Below are positions 57,758 through 64,000 of a DNA stretch of 64,000 nucleotides, one piece after another. This DNA is from a bacterium. Lineage in GTDB: Bacteria; SAR324; NAC60-12. Positions within the stretch are counted from its first letter, which is position 1. Every line of letters starts with the position of its first letter. Where the stretch lies: NCBI GenBank assembly GCA_965205865.1, contig CBDBHR010000028.1, forward strand, positions 448,001 through 512,000, read 5' to 3'. Position numbers and translations under genes: made by a program. Under the pieces are notes generated by a model, which saw nothing but the letters and a program-made list of their open reading frames with translations, did no database searches and was not told the origin of the DNA.

Positions 57758-58700
57758 CTACTGATGGAACGGGTTGAGCAGCTTGGCCAGGAGGCTCCTT
57801 TTGCGTTTCCCTGTCGCGCCGTAACTGCCCTGGCCCCCTTTTAATCGGGGATCCAGCAAGTCCCTCAGGGCATCTCCAAACATGTTTATACTGAAAACCA
57901 CCACACTGAGGCAAAGCCCGGGCCAGAGAGCCAGCCATGGCGCCAACTCCATGTATTGACGCCCGTAGCTGAGCATACCACCCCAGCTAGCGACATTCGG
58001 GGGAAGCCCAAAACCGAGGAAGCTCAGGGAAGCCTCGGCCATGATCACATCGCCAATGGTCACGGTGAAGATGATGATCATGGGCGCCATGATGTTGGCA
58101 TTGCAGCACATGCCGGAAGAGGATTCGGCGCGTGGGGGTGCCCACGGCCCTGGCTGCCAGAAAATAGTCATTCTCTTTGATTCCGATCACGGCACTTCGC
58201 GCGATTCTCGAGCCGCTGATGCCACCGGAAATCCCCAGGACGAGGATGATCTGCAGCTGGCCCTGACCGACCAGCGACATCACCGTAATCAGAATGAGCA
58301 GCCCCGGGAAGGCCATCCAGGCGTCGACAAACCGCTGCACCACCATATCGAACTTGCCGCCGAAGAACCCGGTAGTCGCGCCGATCAGCAGCGCTACCAC
58401 CAGGTTGACGCTGGTTGCGGACAGGCCGATGATGACCGAAACGCGCGCCCCGTAGAGGATTCGGCTCAGCAGGTCTCGCCCCAGCTGATCGGTACCCAGC
58501 AGGTATTTCCCCGACGGCGCGCTCAGCCGGTCTATCATGTGGGGCTCACTCATCGGGAAGGGCGCCAGGACGTCGGCGAAGATGCCGCTGAAGAGCAGCA
58601 GCAGCACGATGATGCCGCCAAAGGTGCCCAGCGGCTTCTCCCTGACAAGCTTCGAGAGGAAGTCAAGGAGTCGGGAGCGTCGTTTTTGCTCCTCACTCAT
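57758..58700 (-). pseudogene. peptide ABC permease (DppC/OppC), frameshifted near 58100
   Basis: LLGTDQLGRD.LSR..YGAR.S and ARAVG....RILFRHVL in one frame; NIMAP, EASLSFLGFG, WG.ML, GDALRD.LDPR in another; ~4-bp insertion in HVLPN. Confidence 0.88.
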
Positions 58701-59649
58701 AGCGCACCCTGGGGTCCAGGTAAGCGTAGGTGAGGTCAATGCCTAGATTGATCAATATCACGGCAGTGGCCAACATCAGGTTAATGGCAGAGACCAGGTG
58801 ATACTCCCGCATGCTAAGGGCGCTCAGCAGAAGACGGCCTATGCCGGGCAGGACAAAGATCTGCTCGATGATGACCGAACCACCGATGAGGAGGGGCAGC
58901 TGATAGCCGACGATGGTGACTACCGGGATGAGGGCATTCTTCAAGGCATGCCGCATCACGACGATCTTCTCCTTCAACCCCTTCGACCAGGCGGTCCTGA
59001 TGTAGTCTTGCCGCAGGACCTCCAGCGCCATGGTGCGCGTCATGCGCATCGTGGTTCCCGAAAGGACCGTTCCCAGGAGCGCGGCCGGGAGGAGAAACAT
59101 CCCCAGATTGCCCAGCGGGTCCTCAGCGAAGTTGATCAGTTCCATCGGCGGTGACCATCCCCACCAGATCGCGGGGAAGACCATCACGATCGTTGCCGTC
59201 CAGAAGCTCGGGACTGAGATGAAGATGATGGCGAGGCTGCGCCCCCCGTAGTCGGCGATGGCATCCTGCCGAATGGCCGAGTAGATGCCTATCGGCAACG
59301 AGATCAGCAGTCCGATAATAACGGCAAACACCCCAAGCTCGAGCGTCACCGGAAGCCTGGGAAGTATCTGCTCGACAACAGGCTCGTCTCCTCTGAGCAT
59401 CGTGCCCGGGTTTCCCTGAAGTATCTCGCCAATCCAGCGACCATACTGCGCGTGTATCGGCACATCCAGACCGAGGCGCCTCTCAATGGCCGCCCGGTCC
59501 AGGGAAACGCTTGCCCAAGGCCCCATTTCACTGGCCATCACGTCGATGATGTCACCGGGAATCAGGCGAATGAGCAGGAAGACCACGACAGTCACAATGA
59601 AGAGGGTCGGGATCAGCAGCAGCAGTCTTCTGATTATGTAGGTGCGCAT
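58693..59649 (-). CDS. peptide ABC permease (DppB/OppB)
   Basis: YIIRRLL..IPTL, GLD.P...QY..W, RLPVTLEL, DYIRTA.SKGL, HALKNALIP, DL.YAYLDPRVRY. Confidence 0.95.
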   Translation of the reverse strand: MRTYIIRRLLLLIPTLFIVTVVVFLLIRLIPGDIIDVMASEMGPWASVSLDRAAIERRLGLDVPIHAQYGRWIGEILQGNPGTMLRGDEPVVEQILPRLPVTLELGVFAVIIGLLISLPIGIYSAIRQDAIADYGGRSLAIIFISVPSFWTATIVMVFPAIWWGWSPPMELINFAEDPLGNLGMFLLPAALLGTVLSGTTMRMTRTMALEVLRQDYIRTAWSKGLKEKIVVMRHALKNALIPVVTIVGYQLPLLIGGSVIIEQIFVLPGIGRLLLSALSMREYHLVSAINLMLATAVILINLGIDLTYAYLDPRVRYE

Positions 59650-59692
59650 GTCTCCTCCTCAGTGGTTGTCGGAATCCTGGTCATAGACTTGA

Positions 59693-59730
59693 GGCAAGCG
59701 GCGGGGGGTGCAAGCCCCCCACCACCTGCC
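59693..59730 (-). terminator. GC-rich intercistronic hairpin between binding protein and permease
   Basis: GGCAAGCGGCGGGGGG-TGCAAG-CCCCCACCACCTGCC imperfect inverted repeat. Confidence 0.45.
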
Positions 59731-59761
59731 CCTCATGAGCAATGGTTGTCCCCAGCGTGGC

Positions 59762-61555
59762 CTACCTCGTCCCGGTCATCTCCTCCCTGAGGTCTGAGTC
59801 GATCCAGACTCGGGAGAGGTAGAGCAAAAGCGTGTTGCCTCCCATGGTGATTTCACCGTTGTAGCCCACCATCCACGGGTGCCAGAAGATGAAAGTTGGT
59901 CGCCTCGGGGTCCACGTATGAAACTGCTTCTCGATTAAGTAGTTATCGCACTCCTTCACCAGCTCCATCATCTCCTCGCGGCTGCCGGCGCTTTCGGCAG
60001 CTTCAACCATGGCATCATAGACAGGGTCCTGGCTCCCTTGGAGGTTGACCACCCCTTCCGAATGGCCGTGGAGCCTGGCGAAGAGGAGGGGGTTGTAGTC
60101 GATGCCCCTCGCCCCCCAGGTCATGCCTTCGTAAGTATGGGCGTTTATGGAATGTGCAGTCACGACGCTCCACTCGCGGATGTCAAGCTCGACATCAACG
60201 CCAATCTTGGACCACATGTCCTGGCTCAATAGTGCATGGTCCATGTTCGTCCAGTACATGATGCCGGGGGCGGTCATCAGTTTGGTCTTGAATCTGATAC
60301 CATCCGCTCCGCGCGGATATCCAGCCGCATCAAGCAACGCTTCTGCCCTTTCCGGGTCGTAGGCGTAGTTTGCCTTGACCTCTTCGGGCCACTCCTCAAA
60401 TGGGGTGTAGAACCCGAGGCAAGCCGGCCCAACAAGCCCGTGGGGTGTCGTGTCGCCCAGCCCCCCAAACAAGGTGTTGTTGATTGCGTCGTTGTCCAGC
60501 GCCAGCTGCATCGCCGTGCGCACCCGGATGTCATCGAAGGGCGGCTTGCGCACATCCATAGCGTAGTTGTACCCACTTACCATAAAGGTTGTCCATAAGA
60601 GTTCGGGGTTGGTCTTCTGGATGGCCTCCGCCTGGTCGGTGGAAATTTCCGAGACCGGCGGTGCGAGTCGAACGATCTTGCCCGTGCGGAACGCCGACAA
60701 CCTCGTGGAGGCGTCCGGTATTATCAGCACCTTGACCTCGTCGAGGTAGGGCAGGCGGTTCTCCGGGAACTTCTCGTCGTAGCCCCAGTAGTTGGGGTTC
60801 TTGGTCAATGTTATAGCGCTGCCTTTCACCCAGTCAGTCAGCATGTACGGCCCGGAGCCAACCGACATCTTCCAGTCCCGCATGTGGCCATACTGCTTGA
60901 TTACCTCTGGCGGATAAATCCAGGCCCCGATGCTTTGGGCGAAGATCGCGTGAAAAGCATTGAAGTCCAGCCTGGTCAGCTTGAAGACAACCGTGTACTT
61001 GTCGGTCGCCTCTATCGATTCAATTGGCAGGTCGCCGGCGGCGTGCGGGCTCTTCTCCGCGAAACCGCTGCCCGTGCCCGTCATCCGGTGGAAGCTGAAA
61101 ACGATATCCTCGGCAACCAGATCACGCCCGTTCATCGGGGGCTTGTCGTGCCAGTAAACGCCCGGGCGAATGTGGAAGACGAACTCGGTGGGGCTAACCA
61201 CCTCGTGGCTCTCGGCAAGCTGTCCTCTGAGGACGGACAGAGGAGTATACCACGATATAAGATCCCATTCGTCCCTGTCTATTGACCAGTCTACTACACC
61301 CATCCTTTCCAGAAAGAGGTTAACAAGTTGTGACGGGTCAGACCCCCACCAGGTGTCTGTGTGCGGTGGGTCAGAGGTTATAGCTTCAGCGACACTCCCA
61401 CCGTACTGCGGCTTCAATATCATCTGGCCGGTGGCTGGGTCTTTGACCATCTCTTTCTCAGCCGCCACGGTCGAACTGACCCAAAATGCGGCCACCATCA
61501 GGGTGAGGGACAGCAGGATTGCACTGAAGGTTGATTTGCTTTTTTGATTTTCCAT
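59762..61555 (-). CDS. ABC transporter substrate-binding protein, family 5 (DppA/OppA)
   Basis: Signal peptide, LAES.E, F..RPGV.WHD, GSGPY, KNPNYW, PFDD.RVR.A, YDPERA.ALL..AGY. Confidence 0.93.
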   Translation of the reverse strand: MENQKSKSTFSAILLSLTLMVAAFWVSSTVAAEKEMVKDPATGQMILKPQYGGSVAEAITSDPPHTDTWWGSDPSQLVNLFLERMGVVDWSIDRDEWDLISWYTPLSVLRGQLAESHEVVSPTEFVFHIRPGVYWHDKPPMNGRDLVAEDIVFSFHRMTGTGSGFAEKSPHAAGDLPIESIEATDKYTVVFKLTRLDFNAFHAIFAQSIGAWIYPPEVIKQYGHMRDWKMSVGSGPYMLTDWVKGSAITLTKNPNYWGYDEKFPENRLPYLDEVKVLIIPDASTRLSAFRTGKIVRLAPPVSEISTDQAEAIQKTNPELLWTTFMVSGYNYAMDVRKPPFDDIRVRTAMQLALDNDAINNTLFGGLGDTTPHGLVGPACLGFYTPFEEWPEEVKANYAYDPERAEALLDAAGYPRGADGIRFKTKLMTAPGIMYWTNMDHALLSQDMWSKIGVDVELDIREWSVVTAHSINAHTYEGMTWGARGIDYNPLLFARLHGHSEGVVNLQGSQDPVYDAMVEAAESAGSREEMMELVKECDNYLIEKQFHTWTPRRPTFIFWHPWMVGYNGEITMGGNTLLLYLSRVWIDSDLREEMTGTR

Positions 61556-61775
61556 CTTTTTCCTTTCGAATGGATGTTCATAATTAAGGATGAATTTAAA
61601 ACACGCTTTGATTCCCGAAAGCACGTTGTCGACGATTGCTCTACACATTGGGTCTCCTTCATTTTGGAGTGATCAAAAAACCGATTCATTGGCTCCAGGA
61701 TTGGGCAATGAACCATAACCTTTCAATTCTCTTGAGGAATTTCCATTTGCTGAAATGAACTTTGGTGTACTTTAA

Positions 61776-61880
61776 GGATCTCTCCCCTTCGGACTGGGCG
61801 CCGCTTCCGGTACGCCGATGCGCCGTATGCGGACCACCGTGCGCGCATCGAGGCGTACCGACGGTCCCGTCGAGATGACA
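61776..61880. repeat. REP-like palindromic element, left copy
   Basis: GGATCTCTCCCCTTCGG...GTCGAGATGACA with internal stem GGTACGCCGATGCGC / GCGCATCGAGGCGTACC. Confidence 0.6.
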
Positions 61881-61897
61881 CCAGGGGGTAGAACTTT

Positions 61898-61996
61898 TGA
61901 TTGGGGACTTGTGATTGGGGACTTGTGACTTGTTGAACTTGGAACTGGGAACTGGGAACTGGGAACTGGGAACTGGGAACTGGGAACTGGGAACTG
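61898..61996. repeat. heptamer tandem repeats
   Basis: (TGATTGGGGACTTG)x2 at 61898; (GGAACTG)x8 at 61941-61996. Confidence 0.95.
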
Positions 61997-62065
61997 GGTG
62001 TTTGAGCTTACTCTCATATTCACCTTATTGTCAATATCTTTCTTGAAACGGGTTAATTTCAGACA

Positions 62066-62118
62066 TGTCATCCTGACGGTACTTGATCCGCATACGGGAA
62101 GCGGCAAAGCGAAGGATC
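62066..62118. repeat. REP-like element, right copy (inverted relative to the left copy)
   Basis: TGTCATCCTGA-CGGTAC-TTGA-TCCGCATACG-GGAAGCGGC-AAAGCGAAGGATC. Confidence 0.6.
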
Positions 62119-62378
62119 GCATTATTGCCCTTCTATGCCTAGAATAATATTGTATAATCGCTCTGCAAATGTTTCTCAAGCTTTTTTTTAAATAGGGCGA
62201 CTCATTAATTCTTGAGTGTATTCTGATGATCAACGAAAATACTTTTTTATATTCAGATAAAGAAGTCAACATTTTTGGCACTTTTCCATTCTCAGTTGAC
62301 CGTTTCTAAAAATCCTCTGGTGAGGATATGAGGTTTTACCTGACTTTCGGCTAAATAAATAGGAGCGAAATGGAAATT

Positions 62379-62516
62379 AAACCTTCAGCCAAAGGCGATT
62401 TCTTGAAAACAATCACAAATGAAAAAGAAAGACCAGCAGAAATTCATAAAAACCTTCAGCCAAAGGCGATTTCGTTGAAAATTATCACAATAGAAAACGA
62501 AAGACCAGCAGAAATG
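62379..62516 (+). repeat. imperfect ~71-bp tandem duplication
   Basis: ACCTTCAGCCAAAGGCGATTTC...GAAAGACCAGCAGAAAT at 62381 and 62452. Confidence 0.85.
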
Positions 62517-63427
62517 CTTTAACCCTCTTTGATGCCTCAGAAGGGGTGAAGGCCTATTTTGAATGTCCAATCGCTTTGCTCATGGAGGCTTGTTCGTTGC
62601 ACGCCGCCTCATCTTCGCTTCCGAGTACGGCCCGATAAATCAGGAGATCTTTCCCGCAAGCTCTCGGAAATTGGGGTCAATATTCGCAGGCTCGAGAGAC
62701 CTGACGTAATTGCATTTTTCTTTTAATTCTTTTTTCCATTGGGTCCTCTTACCTTTGAGGTGCCATAAAAAGATTCGCTACACCATGGGGCGAATCGGAG
62801 TTTCGTAGCAGACCAGGAGCCTGCTGAAATCAGCCTCACAAAAAGGCTGCAAAGCTTATTAAAAGACATAACCTACTCCTTACTCTTAGAGAAAAAAATT
62901 CCCCACCCACTGCCTGGAGAGGGGATGCCATGAAAAAAGATTCACGGGGAACAGGAATTCTTTTCATTTCAACTCACTTCCGCTTCCCCAAACAACCTTA
63001 AGGCATACAGTATGCAGAGAGAGTCAAATTTATTTTTTTTGATTATATTTTTTGGATTGCATTCAAGATACGGATATTATAGAGTATATTTTGAATTCTC
63101 GGCAGCAGTCCGCCGACGATGAATGTTTCCGTCTGCTCATTATTCTTTCTGAAAAAGAAACGATCATGGTTCACATAGACCATGTGAGTCCTTCTCCCTC
63201 TTCTTAAAGAAGAAGGGAAAATCAAAAAACTAAAGGGGTTTTCTGAAAAAAGCGAATCAGGCACTCCACTTGATTGCTTCCCTGCTGTCAGAAAACAAGT
63301 TAGTGTATCGTTCGATTCACAACATCATCTTTATAAGAATAGCCCAAATTATTAAATTCAACATTCATTGCATTTCTTGTATGATGAAAAAGGATTGATT
63401 TAAAACAAAAACTAGAAATTTGAGGAA

Positions 63428-63652
63428 ATGAAAATGATTACTAAAGCAATAATCAAAGATGGTGGTTTATTTATTCCTAATGTAGAGTTAGAGTCTTTGC
63501 CTTCAAATCAAAGAGAAGTGAGAATTGAAATTGAGATACTTGAAAAACAAAGTAATGAGGCTGCATTCAAGAAAGCAGCAGGAATATTGAAGCATAAGAA
63601 AATAGATCCTCTCAAATTTCAATCTGATCAAAGAAGTGAATGGGATGGGTAA
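63428..63652 (+). CDS. putative antitoxin (VapB-like)
   Basis: 74 aa, beta-rich N-terminus, C-terminal DPL.FQ...RSEWD; overlaps a PIN gene. Confidence 0.7.
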   Translation: MKMITKAIIKDGGLFIPNVELESLPSNQREVRIEIEILEKQSNEAAFKKAAGILKHKKIDPLKFQSDQRSEWDG

Positions 63653-64000
63653 ATATTTAGTGGACACCAACATCATTATTTATTACCTAAATGGGGAGGC
63701 AACAGCAATTGATTGGTTACAATCTCATCAGAAAAACTGTCCATTTCGGTCATTACGAAAATCGAAGTGCTTTCCTATCCATTTCAAAAAGAAGAAGAAA
63801 TTCTCATTCAACAGTTCTTGAATCAATTTGAACTGATCCATCTCTCTGACGAAATTATAGACTCGACAATAAAGTTGAGGCGACAACGAAAAATCAAAAC
63901 GCCAGATGCTATTATTGCTGCTACTGCCCTGTTAAGCAAACTGTCTGTTTGTACAAGAATTATTCGTGACTTCAAAAACATTGAAGTGGATTATTTAAAT
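63645..64000 (+). CDS. vapC: PIN-domain toxin (VapC), frameshifted at an A-run ~63732-63736, runs off the window
   Basis: YLVDTNIIIYYL; second frame LSISVIT.IEVL...K.KTPDAIIAATAL...TR..RDF. Confidence 0.85.

Noticed and set aside
58041-58733. 230-aa plus-strand ORF
   Set aside because: Antisense shadow of the GC-rich dppC gene.
61772-62281. 169-aa minus-strand ORF with SSQFPVP repeats
   Set aside because: Mostly a translation of the heptamer tract and palindromic elements; no protein family signal.
62530-63264. Short minus-strand ORFs before the toxin-antitoxin pair
   Set aside because: Fragmented, no recognisable family; may be a decayed gene but unsupported.

Overview
Bacterial chromosomal window, mostly AT-rich. 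The EF-G type, ribosomal protein style and gene content suggest a deltaproteobacterial/SAR324-like organism; this is inference, not a database result. (1) 1-7 kb: end of clpS, then HAD hydrolase, family III CoA-transferase, MoxR AAA+/VWA pair, a frameshifted haloalkane dehalogenase and a DUF924 protein. (2) 7.2-14 kb: a membrane-anchored LytTR regulator divergent from a six-gene envelope cassette (ABC ATPase, two related TPR-like proteins, MacB/LolE-type permease, LolA-like protein, probable outer-membrane protein). (3) 14.3-16.45 kb: a 36-bp tandem repeat and three IS remnants. (4) 16.5-24.5 kb: rRNA operon (16S-23S-5S-tRNA-Leu(CAA)) and leuS. (5) 24.8-41.4 kb: str-S10-spc-alpha ribosomal protein cluster. 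rplC is missing and replaced by a 13-codon ORF, rpsD/adk/map/infA are absent, and EF-G has divergent domain IV loops. (6) 41.8-55.7 kb: housekeeping genes (cysteine desulfurase broken by a 121-bp duplication, Ham1, ispH, IS630, lone secretin, lpxK, def, DUF192, PhzE-like TrpE-G fusion, mltA). (7) 56-64 kb: spondin-like protein, SDR, a GC-rich peptide ABC transporter, REP-like inverted elements around heptamer repeats, and a vapBC-type pair. Several frameshifts sit in homopolymers and may be sequencing errors. The best candidates for something new are the LytTR/TPR/ABC/LolA cassette and the missing rplC; neither is proven from sequence alone.
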